Part shown: positions 9,193 to 17,984 of the stretch, piece after piece
Layout: every line of letters starts with the position of its first letter
Numbering within the stretch: the first letter of the stretch is position 1
Source: Sulfuricurvum sp.
GTDB taxonomy: Bacteria; Campylobacterota; Campylobacteria; Campylobacterales; Sulfurimonadaceae
Assembly (NCBI RefSeq): GCF_022759005.1
Contig: NZ_JAEMQA010000133.1
Location: forward strand, 1 to 28,886
Reading direction: 5' to 3'
Length of the DNA stretch: 28,886 nucleotides
The notes under the pieces: model-generated
Seen by the model: only the letters and a program-made list of their open reading frames with translations
What the model was told of the DNA's origin: nothing
Databases searched by the model: none
Translations under genes and position numbers: made by a program

Positions 9193-10565
9193 GCTTCCCC
9201 CTTCAATTGATTTTGTGCATCTTGGATCAAGGCATTCAAAGCCTCTTCATACCGTTTGGCTTCCGATTGTTCGGTCGATTCGAAACGGGTAACGAGTACC
9301 GGAGTCGTGTTACTCGCACGTACCAGTCCCCACCCTTTCTCAAATATCACCCGCACACCGTCGACATCGATAATCTCTTTGATCGGCGGAAACGATGCAG
9401 GCGGGGCCTGAAGCAACTCTTTGAGCTTCGCCATCAGAGGAAATTTTTCTTTCTCGCTTGTTTTGACTTTGATCTCTTCGGTCGAAAATACTTTCGGCAG
9501 TTTCGCAATCTCGGCATCAAGATCAACCCCTTCATGGATCAGCTCCAGCATACGAAGCGTTGCATATATCGCATCGTCGTAGCCGAAATAACGGTCGGCA
9601 AAAAAGACGTGCCCGCTCACTTCGCACGCCAAATCGGCATGAAGTTCTTTCATTTTGACTTTGAGATTCGAGTGCCCCGTTTTGTACATCACCGCGTTGG
9701 CTCCCCGCTCACGGAGTGTGTCATACATCACCTGCGAACACTTCACTTCGCCGATGACGGTCGGATTTTTCATCTTGAGGGCAAACAGCAACGCCATCAT
9801 GTCCCCCTTGATGTTGTTGTTCGGGGTCAATACGGCAATACGATCGGCATCACCGTCATAGGCAAACGCGATGTCACCTTCAGCGGCAAGAAGTTTTTTG
9901 ATGTCATCGAGATTGTGTTCTTCACTTGGGTCGGGATGGTGGTTCGGAAAGGTTCCGTCAGGATCGACATAAATCCCTTTTGTTTTGAGTCCTAATTCAT
10001 TAAAAATATCTTCGATAGCGAGCCCCGCAACCCCGTTTCCGCAGTCGTATACGATCCGCTGATCCATCCCGCGCAAATGACCGAATGACTCGACCATAAA
10101 TCGCTTGTATCGGCTTAATGCATCGATCTCTATGACCTGACGTTCAACTTTTGCTTGGCTCTCCATTGCATCGATTTTGCGTCCGAGAGCATAAATCTGT
10201 TCTCCGAAAAACGGCGCTTTATTGATCGTGATTTTAAACCCGTTGTATTCGCTCGGATTGTGCGAACCGGTAATCATCACGGAAGCAGATGGCGTTATCC
10301 CATCAAAATTTTGGTAGTTGCAAAAATAGTTAACGGGAGTAGGAACCATCCCCATCCCGAGGACTTTCATACCGCCCGCATTGAGTCCAGCCACCAAATA
10401 TTCAAATAGGATCGGAGAGTGGGAACGCGCATCGTATCCCACGGCAATATACTCGCCGTATTCTCGCATTTCATCCGCCAAGGCATATCCCAAACGGGTG
10501 ATACTCTCTTCATTCAACTCTTTTTCGTAGATCCCGCGAATATCGTACTCACGATAAATAGACAT
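9189..10565 (-). CDS. Phosphomannomutase/phosphoglucomutase (AlgC/ManB type, 458 aa)
   Basis: Contains YREYDIRG near the N-terminus and the active-site loop ITGSHNPSEYNGFKI (the PMM/PGM form, not the GlmM form). I chose the ATG at 10565 with AAGGGAAG upstream. The ORF-track start at 10580 is a TTG five codons earlier. Confidence 0.85.
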   Translation of the reverse strand: MSIYREYDIRGIYEKELNEESITRLGYALADEMREYGEYIAVGYDARSHSPILFEYLVAGLNAGGMKVLGMGMVPTPVNYFCNYQNFDGITPSASVMITGSHNPSEYNGFKITINKAPFFGEQIYALGRKIDAMESQAKVERQVIEIDALSRYKRFMVESFGHLRGMDQRIVYDCGNGVAGLAIEDIFNELGLKTKGIYVDPDGTFPNHHPDPSEEHNLDDIKKLLAAEGDIAFAYDGDADRIAVLTPNNNIKGDMMALLFALKMKNPTVIGEVKCSQVMYDTLRERGANAVMYKTGHSNLKVKMKELHADLACEVSGHVFFADRYFGYDDAIYATLRMLELIHEGVDLDAEIAKLPKVFSTEEIKVKTSEKEKFPLMAKLKELLQAPPASFPPIKEIIDVDGVRVIFEKGWGLVRASNTTPVLVTRFESTEQSEAKRYEEALNALIQDAQNQLKGEA

Positions 10566-10593
10566 ATCTTCCCTTTTCAAGCAACATAAACAA

Positions 10594-10599
10594 ATTATA
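10594..10599 (-). promoter_or_regulatory. -10 box TATAAT (minus strand) for the pmm-pyrC-...-oxygenase operon
   Basis: The minus strand reads gcgtTGTATAATttg, about 28 nt upstream of the ATG at 10565. No clear -35 is present, which is usual for this phylum. Confidence 0.45.
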
Positions 10600-10610
10600 C
10601 AACGCGGTGG

Positions 10611-10642
10611 CTAAAAGAGTCTTTTAGGGGGCGAAAAGCCCC
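10611..10642 (-). terminator. Two adjacent hairpins downstream of amt (CTAAAAGA-g-TCTTTTAG and GGGGC-gaaaa-GCCCC)
   Basis: Read directly, about 45 nt after the amt stop (10687) and before the pmm promoter. The U-tract is imperfect. Confidence 0.4.
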
Positions 10643-10686
10643 AAGAAAGAATAGTACAGAAGCGTTACAAAAGTGTTAACTAAGGT

Positions 10687-11865
10687 TTAAATAGCCCGTT
10701 TAAATTCCGGATACGCTTCAAGTCCGCATTCGCTGACATCAAGCCCTTGAACCTGATCTTCATCCGAAGCGCGGAACGGTATAAATTTATTGATGAGATA
10801 GATCACCGCAAATGAAACACTGAAAACAAATACAGCGATCTCCGCAACCCCTTTGAGCTGACCCAGCAATGTTATCCCTTTTTCGGGGTCAGCTGCGAAA
10901 ATCCCGACAGCCAATGTACCCCAGATACCGTTCACCAAGTGAACAGAAAGCGCCCCGACGGGATCGTCGATACGTACTTTATCAAACAACGGAACCGCAA
11001 AAACAACCAATATTCCGCCGATAGCACCGATGGCAATCGCATCATAAAGACTAAACAAATGGGCGCCTGCCGTAATAGCGACCAGTCCGCCCAATGCGCC
11101 GTTGAGAATCATCGTAATATCAAAAAGCTTATAGCGTAAATAGATCAAAATACCTGCGACAATCGCCCCGGCAAGACCTGCAGTATTCGTATTGAATACG
11201 GTTAGAGCTACACTGTCCGCTGCCTCTTTCGTCGCGATAGAACCGACCGAACCGCCGTTGAATCCGAACCATCCGATCCATAGCAACATAGCGCCGAGGA
11301 CTACCAACGGGATGTTTGACGCAGGGATAACGCGAATCTGATTGCCACTGTAACGCCCTTTACGTGCACCGATAATCAAAATTGCCGCAAGCAGAGCCCA
11401 TCCGCCGGTCGAGTGAATGACTGTCGAACCGGCCAAATCAACCATATTAATATCAAATACGCTCCCCTTGATCCAGTCGCTTCCCCAGCTCACATTAACC
11501 GCGCTCGGATAGATGAAAGCTCCCATAATAACAGTAAAGAGTGTCAACGGTAAAAGGCGGGCACGTTCACCCACCCCGCCGCTCATAATGTTGATCGCTT
11601 TTCCGACAAACGCCATTTGAAACATGAAAAAAGCCCATTTACTCATAGTCGTAGTTTCAACAGTACCAAATGCCAAATGAAACCCGATCAAAATAAATGC
11701 CATAGACGCTACCGCGTAAATCATAACATTGACGGTCAAAACGCTGGAGACGTTTTTTGTCCGTACCAAACCTGCTTCGAGCATTGCGAAACCGGGAACC
11801 ATTAAAATAATCAGAGTGATTGAAAAGAGGGCAAATAGAGTGTCAATAACGTAGGCAGTATCCAT
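10687..11865 (-). CDS. amt: Ammonium transporter, Amt family, no signal peptide (392 aa)
   Basis: Contains LMVPGFAMLEAGLVR, DLAGSTVIHSTGGW, LLWIGWFGFNGGS and VHLVNGIWGTL, which include the Amt twin-His pore motifs. Confidence 0.92.
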   Translation of the reverse strand: MDTAYVIDTLFALFSITLIILMVPGFAMLEAGLVRTKNVSSVLTVNVMIYAVASMAFILIGFHLAFGTVETTTMSKWAFFMFQMAFVGKAINIMSGGVGERARLLPLTLFTVIMGAFIYPSAVNVSWGSDWIKGSVFDINMVDLAGSTVIHSTGGWALLAAILIIGARKGRYSGNQIRVIPASNIPLVVLGAMLLWIGWFGFNGGSVGSIATKEAADSVALTVFNTNTAGLAGAIVAGILIYLRYKLFDITMILNGALGGLVAITAGAHLFSLYDAIAIGAIGGILVVFAVPLFDKVRIDDPVGALSVHLVNGIWGTLAVGIFAADPEKGITLLGQLKGVAEIAVFVFSVSFAVIYLINKFIPFRASDEDQVQGLDVSECGLEAYPEFKRAI

Positions 11866-11897
11866 GCAGCACCTTTAAGACTAAAATAAAGGTGTGC

Positions 11898-11952
11898 ATT
11901 ATATATCCAATTAAATGAATTTGAGAAGAACTATTGATTAAAATTTAATCAT
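11898..11952 (-). promoter_or_regulatory. amt promoter region: palindrome TTGATTAA-aat-TTAATCAt (11934-11952) plus -10 TATAAT (11903..11898)
   Basis: On the minus strand this reads aTGATTAAattTTAATCAA, then 30 nt, TATAAT, and 32 nt before the ATG. The same architecture occurs upstream of amtB at 13791-13846. Confidence 0.5.
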
Positions 11953-11964
11953 TCAAGGACTTAA

Positions 11965-12024
11965 CCGTTCGTGGTGAGCCTGTCGAACCATGAACATGCC
12001 CTTCGACAAGCTCAGGGCGAACGG
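11965..12024. repeat. REP-like palindromic element, copy 1 (60 bp), 9 nt after the PII stop
   Basis: CCGTTCG-TGGT-GAGCCTGTCGAA-loop-TTCGACAAGCTC-AGGG-CGAACGG. It consists of a 7-bp outer stem, an internal loop and a 12-bp inner stem. Its arms are identical to copy 2. Confidence 0.9.
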
Positions 12025-12032
12025 ATAAAGGA

Positions 12033-12374
<342 letters not shown>

Positions 12375-12384
12375 TTATTCCTTC

Positions 12385-13758
12385 TTATAGGTTAAATCCA
12401 CGTTCACCGTGTACTGATTCATCCAAACCTTGGCTCTCTTGTTCTTCGTTAACACGTGAACCGCCAGTCAATGCCATTGCGATATAGTACACTACAATCG
12501 TACCGACCAAAGTAAACGCTCCAACAATAAGAGCTGATTCACCTTGAACCATGATTTGTCCCATACGGTCTCCATGATCTTTCAAAGGACCTGCCCATAG
12601 AAGCCCTTTGTCGTTTACAGCAAAGATGCCGGTTGCAATCGCACCCCATAGACCTGCAAGAAAGTGAACCCCGAATGCATCCAATGAATCGTCGTAACCC
12701 AACTTTTTCTTAAGTGCCGTTACACCGAAGAATGCGATCAATGCACCCGTCATACCAACAATTAATGCACCACTAACACTGACAAAACCAGCTGCCGGAG
12801 TAATTGCAACCAAACCAGCGATTGCACCGGACGCTGCACCAAGAAGAGTCGGTTTTTTGAATACCATAGATTCAACAATCAACCATGTAACCGCTGCAAC
12901 CGAAGCCGCAATCGTTGTTGTCAAGAATGCAACACCCGCAATCGCATTAGCACCGAAAGCAGAACCGGCATTAAATCCGTACCAACCGAACCAAAGCATA
13001 CCGGCACCCAATGCTGTCAAAACAACGCTTGCTGGTTTCATAGCCACTTTCGGATATCCTGCACGTTTACCGATCAACACTGCCAATACAAGACCAGCCA
13101 AACCGCCGTTCATGTGAACAACCGTACCACCCGCGAAGTCAAGGGCACCTTCATTAAAGAGGTAACCGCCACCCCACACCATGTGTGCAATCGGTGCATA
13201 AACTGCGATTGTCCAGATGAAAGCGAAAACCATCCATGTTGAAAATTTCATACGCTCAATGACTGAGCCCGCAACGATCGCTACGGTAATAGCGGCAAAT
13301 GTCCCTTGGAACGCTACAAAAACAAATTTAGGGAATAGTAAACCCAATTTTGGATCTTGTAGATCGTCCCATTTAATACCGTTTAGCATCACATTGCCAA
13401 ATCCGCCGATAACTTGGTTCATTGAACCATCCGCTGTTCCGAAAGCGATCGAGAAACCTGCGATTACCCATGCCAACATCGCGATGACAAATGCACCGAA
13501 AACCATTGCATACGTATTAAGAATATTCTTAGAACGGGTCATACCGCCGTAAAACAACGCCAAGCCGATCGGTGTCATCAACATAACCAATGCAGTTGAC
13601 ATCATCATCCATGCAGTGTCCCCTGAATTGAGTACAGGTGCAACTGCTGCTGCAGCCGTTGTTACCGCCGTTGCATTTGCATCAACAGCTGTTGCGTTTG
13701 CGTCATCAGCCACTAACGATACGCCCAGTAGCGATAAAGCTAAAAGCCACTTTTTCAT
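12385..13758 (-). CDS. amtB: Ammonium transporter AmtB with N-terminal signal peptide (457 aa)
   Basis: The signal peptide MKKWLLALSLLGVSLVA is followed by Amt motifs FYGGMTRSKN, DFAGGTVVHMNGG, MLWFGWYGFNAGS and VHFLAGLWGAI. RBS AAGGAGAAAAA lies upstream. Confidence 0.95.
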   Translation of the reverse strand: MKKWLLALSLLGVSLVADDANATAVDANATAVTTAAAAVAPVLNSGDTAWMMMSTALVMLMTPIGLALFYGGMTRSKNILNTYAMVFGAFVIAMLAWVIAGFSIAFGTADGSMNQVIGGFGNVMLNGIKWDDLQDPKLGLLFPKFVFVAFQGTFAAITVAIVAGSVIERMKFSTWMVFAFIWTIAVYAPIAHMVWGGGYLFNEGALDFAGGTVVHMNGGLAGLVLAVLIGKRAGYPKVAMKPASVVLTALGAGMLWFGWYGFNAGSAFGANAIAGVAFLTTTIAASVAAVTWLIVESMVFKKPTLLGAASGAIAGLVAITPAAGFVSVSGALIVGMTGALIAFFGVTALKKKLGYDDSLDAFGVHFLAGLWGAIATGIFAVNDKGLLWAGPLKDHGDRMGQIMVQGESALIVGAFTLVGTIVVYYIAMALTGGSRVNEEQESQGLDESVHGERGFNL

Positions 13759-13790
13759 TTTTTCTCCTTATAACTTGAATGTCGAATACC

Positions 13791-13846
13791 ATTGTACAAA
13801 GTTATCAAATAGGGAGAGTGCAATTTGTTGATTAATTTTTAATCAA
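13791..13846 (-). promoter_or_regulatory. amtB promoter region: perfect palindrome TTGATTAA-ttt-TTAATCAA (13828-13846) plus -10 TACAAT (13796..13791)
   Basis: On the minus strand this reads TTGATTAAaaaTTAATCAA, then 31 nt, TACAAT, and 32 nt before the ATG. Spacing and motif match the amt promoter at 11898-11952. Confidence 0.5.
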
Positions 13847-14020
13847 TTTACAGAGTAATTATGTTGAATGAGGAAATATCAAGTATTCATGGCGGAGCAG
13901 TGTTGTTATAGGAGAGGAGAAAAAAGATTGAAAATCTTGGGTTAAAGAGTCAGGGGTATATTTTATAAAAAGAGAGGAATAAAATGCTAAAAAAACGATC
14001 ATGCGGCAACGCCGCGTTTA

Positions 14021-14040
14021 CTCTCTCTCTCTCTCTCTCT
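14021..14040. repeat. (CT)10 dinucleotide microsatellite
   Basis: Read directly as ctctctctctctctctctct. It is intergenic, 263-282 nt upstream of the amtB ATG and 44 nt from REP copy 2. Confidence 0.98.
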
Positions 14041-14083
14041 CGAAGAGCGCAGACATAGGGAGGGTTTTGGAGAGACGGCTGAT

Positions 14084-14146
14084 CCGTTCGTGGTGAGCCT
14101 GTCGAACCATGAACATTTCACCCTTCGACAAGCTCAGGGCGAACGG
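14084..14146. repeat. REP-like palindromic element, copy 2 (63 bp), 9 nt after the second PII stop
   Basis: The arms are the same as copy 1; only the loop differs (CCATGAACATTTCACC versus CCATGAACATGCC). Confidence 0.9.
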
Positions 14147-14154
14147 ATAGAGGG

Positions 14155-14496
<342 letters not shown>

Positions 14497-14524
14497 TCAT
14501 AGACTCCAATTGATCTTTGAGATA

Positions 14525-14553
14525 ATTGTAACCTTATTTGACTAATTTATCAA
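14525..14553 (-). promoter_or_regulatory. Promoter of the second PII gene: TTGATA-N17-TACAAT (minus strand)
   Basis: The -35 is at 14553..14548 and the -10 at 14530..14525, with an exact 17-nt spacer. The -10 lies about 31 nt before the ATG, with GGAG as RBS. Confidence 0.6.
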
Positions 14554-14589
14554 ATTTCAGAGATTTTTAGTTTTTAAGGCTCGTTGGGA

Positions 14590-14595
14590 TATAAT
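14590..14595 (+). promoter_or_regulatory. gyrA -10 box TATAAT with T-rich upstream region
   Basis: Reads gttgggaTATAATcag, 31 nt upstream of the gyrA ATG. The -35 is weak (TTAGTT). Confidence 0.5.
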
Positions 14596-14626
14596 CAGCA
14601 ACCTTATCTTCACTTTTGGGGACTGC

Positions 14627-17107
14627 ATGAACGATTTGCTTGACAACAGCGAAATTAATGACATTAATATAGAAGATACTCTCAAGAGCAGTTATCTTGA
14701 TTATTCCATGAGTGTTATCATCGGACGGGCTTTACCTGACGTCCGAGACGGTCTCAAACCGGTTCACCGCCGTATCCTGTACGCGATGGACAAACTTAAT
14801 CTCTCCGCAGGTGCCAAATACAAAAAATCGGCCCGTATCGTCGGGGATGTCATCGGACAATACCACCCTCACGGAGACACTTCCGTGTACGATGCGTTAG
14901 TACGTATGGCTCAACCGTTTGCCATGCGCGCACCTCTTGTCGACGGTCAAGGGAACTTCGGTTCGGTTGACGGAGACAATGCGGCGGCAATGCGTTATAC
15001 CGAAGCACGTATGACTCGCTATGCCGGTGAATTGCTCAAAGACTTGGATAAAGACACTGTCGACATGGTAGACAACTATGACGGAACGACCCAAGAACCT
15101 GAGGTTCTCCCTACTCGTGTTCCGAATCTTCTGATCAACGGTTCGAGCGGTATCGCCGTCGGTATGGCAACGAATATTCCACCTCACAATCCTACCGAAG
15201 TACTCAGCGCCCTTGTCCATTTGATCGACAATCCAAATGCCTCTTTGATCGACATCATGCAGTTTATTAAAGCTCCCGATTTTCCGACGGGTGGAACCAT
15301 TTACGGGAAAAAAGGGATTTTGGATGCGTATGAGACCGGACGCGGCCGTATCCGCATCCGTGCAAAAACCCATATCGAGAAAAAATCGAACAAAGACGTC
15401 ATCGTCATCGATGAACTTCCGTATCAAGTCAACAAAGCCCGTTTAATCGAAAACATCGCGGAACTTGTAAAAGACAAATTCATTGAAGGAATCAGTGAAA
15501 TTCGTGACGAATCGGACCGCGAAGGGATTCGCGTCGTTATCGAGCTCAAACGCGATGCGATGAGCGAAATCGTCCTCAACAATTTGTATAAATCGACCAA
15601 CATGGAGACGACGTTCGGGATCATCATGCTCTCGGTCTTCAATCAAGAGCCGCGCATCTTCACCCTCTTGGAGATGTTGGGACATTTCATCAATCATCGT
15701 AAAACGGTTATTATCCGCCGAACTATTTTCGATCTTGAAAAAGCAAAAGCACGTGCCCATATCTTGGAAGGTTTGAAAAAAGCACTCGATCATATCGAAG
15801 CGATCATCAAACTCATCCGTGCGAGTGCCGATGGTGAAACCGCCAAAAACGGTTTGATTTCCGAATTCGGTTTTTCACCGATTCAAGCTCAAGCGATTTT
15901 GGACATGCGTCTCCAACGCCTTACCGGTTTGGAACGTGACAAAATCGAAAATGAACTCAAAGAAATTTTGGCTCACATTGAATACTTAGAGAGCATCCTC
16001 CGCAGCGAAGAGGTCCTCAAAGGGATTATCAAAGAAGAGTTTACCGAACTCGTTGAACAATTCAATACTCCGCGTGCCACCGATATCGAAGACAATTACG
16101 ACGATATCAATATCGAAGATTTGATCCCGAATGAGCCGATGGTTGTTACCATTTCTCATCGCGGATACATCAAACGGGTACCGCTCGCCGCATACGAAAA
16201 ACAACGCCGCGGTGGAAAAGGAAAAGTTGCCGTTACGACGTATGACGATGACTTTATCGAAAAATTCTATACCTGCAATACCCACGATACGTTGATGTTC
16301 GTTACAGACCGCGGACAACTCCACTGGCTCAAAGTGTACAAAATTCCGGAAGGTTCGCGTACGGCCAAAGGGAAAGCGGTCGTCAACCTTATCAATCTCG
16401 AAGCCGATGAGAAGATCCGCTCGATCATTCCAACCAGCGATTTTGATGAGAACAAATCATTAGTATTCTTTACCCAAAACGGTATTGTCAAACGTACCGC
16501 ATTGAACGAATTCTCGAATGTCCGCAGTAACGGTGTACGTGCGATCGTTCTGGATGATGATGATACCCTTATTACGGCGCATATCGCGACCGAAGAGACC
16601 AAATACCTCTTCATCGTGACCAAATACGCACAATGTATCAAATTCGAAATCGAAAAAACCCGTGATCAGGGACGTAGTACCCGTGGGGTTCGCGGTATCA
16701 AATTCAAAATCGAAGGAGATGTCGTCGTCGATGCCAACATCATCAAATCGGATGAAGAAGAGATTTTGATGGTCAGCGAAAAAGGGATCGGTAAACGTAC
16801 TACCGCCGAAGAGTACCGCCTAACCAACCGTGCCGGATCAGGCGTTATCGCGATGAAACTCAACGCTAAAACCGGAAGCACCGTCGTCGGATGTCTGATG
16901 GTCGATGAAAGCATGGATATGATGGCTCTCACCAAAGCAGGCAAAATGATCCGTGTCGACATGCAAACGATTGCAAAATCAGGCCGCAACACCAGCGGTG
17001 TTTACATTATCAAAGGGGACGATGTCGCGAGCATTTCACGCTGTCCGAAAAACGATGATAATGACGAAGAAGGGGAAGAAGGAGAGAGCACGTTAGAGTT
17101 GGAATAG
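14627..17107 (+). CDS. gyrA: DNA gyrase subunit A (826 aa)
   Basis: Contains [31 protein letters not shown] (the QRDR) and [10 protein letters not shown] (the catalytic Tyr). C-terminal beta-pinwheel repeats are followed by an acidic tail. The QRDR residue aligned with C. jejuni Thr86 is Thr85 (ACT, 14879-14881), the wild-type state. Confidence 0.97.
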   Translation: MNDLLDNSEINDINIEDTLKSSYLDYSMSVIIGRALPDVRDGLKPVHRRILYAMDKLNLSAGAKYKKSARIVGDVIGQYHPHGDTSVYDALVRMAQPFAMRAPLVDGQGNFGSVDGDNAAAMRYTEARMTRYAGELLKDLDKDTVDMVDNYDGTTQEPEVLPTRVPNLLINGSSGIAVGMATNIPPHNPTEVLSALVHLIDNPNASLIDIMQFIKAPDFPTGGTIYGKKGILDAYETGRGRIRIRAKTHIEKKSNKDVIVIDELPYQVNKARLIENIAELVKDKFIEGISEIRDESDREGIRVVIELKRDAMSEIVLNNLYKSTNMETTFGIIMLSVFNQEPRIFTLLEMLGHFINHRKTVIIRRTIFDLEKAKARAHILEGLKKALDHIEAIIKLIRASADGETAKNGLISEFGFSPIQAQAILDMRLQRLTGLERDKIENELKEILAHIEYLESILRSEEVLKGIIKEEFTELVEQFNTPRATDIEDNYDDINIEDLIPNEPMVVTISHRGYIKRVPLAAYEKQRRGGKGKVAVTTYDDDFIEKFYTCNTHDTLMFVTDRGQLHWLKVYKIPEGSRTAKGKAVVNLINLEADEKIRSIIPTSDFDENKSLVFFTQNGIVKRTALNEFSNVRSNGVRAIVLDDDDTLITAHIATEETKYLFIVTKYAQCIKFEIEKTRDQGRSTRGVRGIKFKIEGDVVVDANIIKSDEEEILMVSEKGIGKRTTAEEYRLTNRAGSGVIAMKLNAKTGSTVVGCLMVDESMDMMALTKAGKMIRVDMQTIAKSGRNTSGVYIIKGDDVASISRCPKNDDNDEEGEEGESTLELE

Positions 17108-17156
17108 TATTTGCTTAAATCGGTTAATTATTCCCATATTACCCGAAGGAACCCGA

Positions 17157-17615
17157 ATGCGAATCTCTGCTCTTCTTGCACTGTTTCTCACCTTTCCCGC
17201 ACTTCATGCGGGGCTTTTTTCCGCTGATGACTCTTCCGAAACCAAAGTACGATGTGTTTACAGCGGTACGGACGGCAGCTGTGTCGAGCCCATCTTAAAA
17301 TCTCAAAATGAACTGGTCATTACTGTTACGGGACAAGGGGTTGCTCCATCGGTTACCTCTTCACCGGCACAGGCATATGCACTCGCTAAACGTGCTGCAA
17401 TGGCGGACGGTTATCGCCAAATCGCAGAGCGGGTAAAAGGGGTTCAAGTCGAGGGGCAAGACACCATCAAAAATATGATGCTGCAACAATCCAGCACTAA
17501 AACATCGGTGGATGCACTGGTACGCGGTGCAAATATCACCAACACTTCATTTAAAGAGGGTCTGTGCGAAGTCGAAATGGAAATCGCCCTTTCATACTCA
17601 CGCATCTTGCACTAA
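17157..17615 (+). CDS. flgP: LPP20-family secreted protein, FlgP-like flagellar basal-disk candidate (152 aa)
   Basis: The signal peptide is MRISALLALFLTFPALHAG. The LPP20-like core is TGQGVAP...AQAYALAKRAAMADGYRQIAERVKGV. The position gyrA-flgP-flgQ-flgR matches my recollection of the C. jejuni order (Cj1027c-Cj1024c). No lipobox Cys is visible. Confidence 0.55.
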   Translation: MRISALLALFLTFPALHAGLFSADDSSETKVRCVYSGTDGSCVEPILKSQNELVITVTGQGVAPSVTSSPAQAYALAKRAAMADGYRQIAERVKGVQVEGQDTIKNMMLQQSSTKTSVDALVRGANITNTSFKEGLCEVEMEIALSYSRILH

Positions 17616-17971
17616 TCGCGACACTTAGCTTTGGAGCCGATAACTACTATATAGGGTATCGGTTTACCGCCAAAAACACGCAAGCCATCAACGAAAAACT
17701 CTCCATCTCCAAGGCGATGCAGCCGTGTTCGCAAGCGATCAGTTCCCCCATATTGATTTTAAAACGCTCTAGCGGTGAATCGTTACAATCTCTCTTGGAA
17801 CGCGAAGAATCGGCTTTTGTAGAGTTTGCCGCGGCACAGGAACTGCGTGTCAAAAACAATGAATCATTCTCTCTCCAACACAGTGAAATCCAAAATTCTC
17901 TGATCCTCCCCACACGATGCTATGCAGTCGAGTTTAATAATGAGTCTGTTACAATAGCTGCAACAAAATAG
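17564..17971 (+). CDS. flgQ: Small secreted protein in the FlgQ position (135 aa)
   Basis: The call rests on synteny only. A GTG start at 17564 is preceded by AAGAGGG (3-nt spacing) and overlaps flgP by 52 nt. The N-terminus MRSRNGNRPFILTHLALIATLSFGAD looks like a signal peptide. Confidence 0.4.
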   Translation: MRSRNGNRPFILTHLALIATLSFGADNYYIGYRFTAKNTQAINEKLSISKAMQPCSQAISSPILILKRSSGESLQSLLEREESAFVEFAAAQELRVKNNESFSLQHSEIQNSLILPTRCYAVEFNNESVTIAATK

Positions 17972-17984
17972 GGGTGGTTGATTT

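Noticed and set aside
9207-9995. 262-aa plus-strand ORF antisense to the phosphomannomutase gene
   Set aside because: It lies entirely inside a well-supported minus-strand gene. The product is low-complexity (rich in R, F, H and K) with no recognisable motif and no RBS, so it is a shadow ORF.
11894-11910. Sigma54-like TGG-N9-GCA (tTGGatatataaTGCAc) upstream of amt
   Set aside because: The GG-to-GC spacing is one nucleotide short of the -24/-12 consensus (GG-N10-GC). The sequence is better explained as a TATAAT -10 box. No comparable element precedes amtB.
13984-14058. 24-codon ORF with a strong SD running through the (CT)10 tract
   Set aside because: It is too short and has no recognisable features, so it may be a chance ORF. 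It is kept only as a caveat in the microsatellite finding and is not called as a gene.
14879-14881. GyrA QRDR codon aligned with C. jejuni Thr86 / E. coli Ser83, checked for a fluoroquinolone-resistance allele
   Set aside because: The codon is ACT (Thr) and the nearby Asp (VYD) is intact. This is the wild-type, susceptible-type sequence, so there is nothing to report.
14897-15427. 176-aa minus-strand ORF inside gyrA. Similar antisense ORFs occur at 3263-3763 in groEL, 19457-20047 in asd, 15443-15793 and 16267-16641
   Set aside because: All are antisense to strongly conserved genes and have no motifs. They are typical shadow frames of highly expressed genes.
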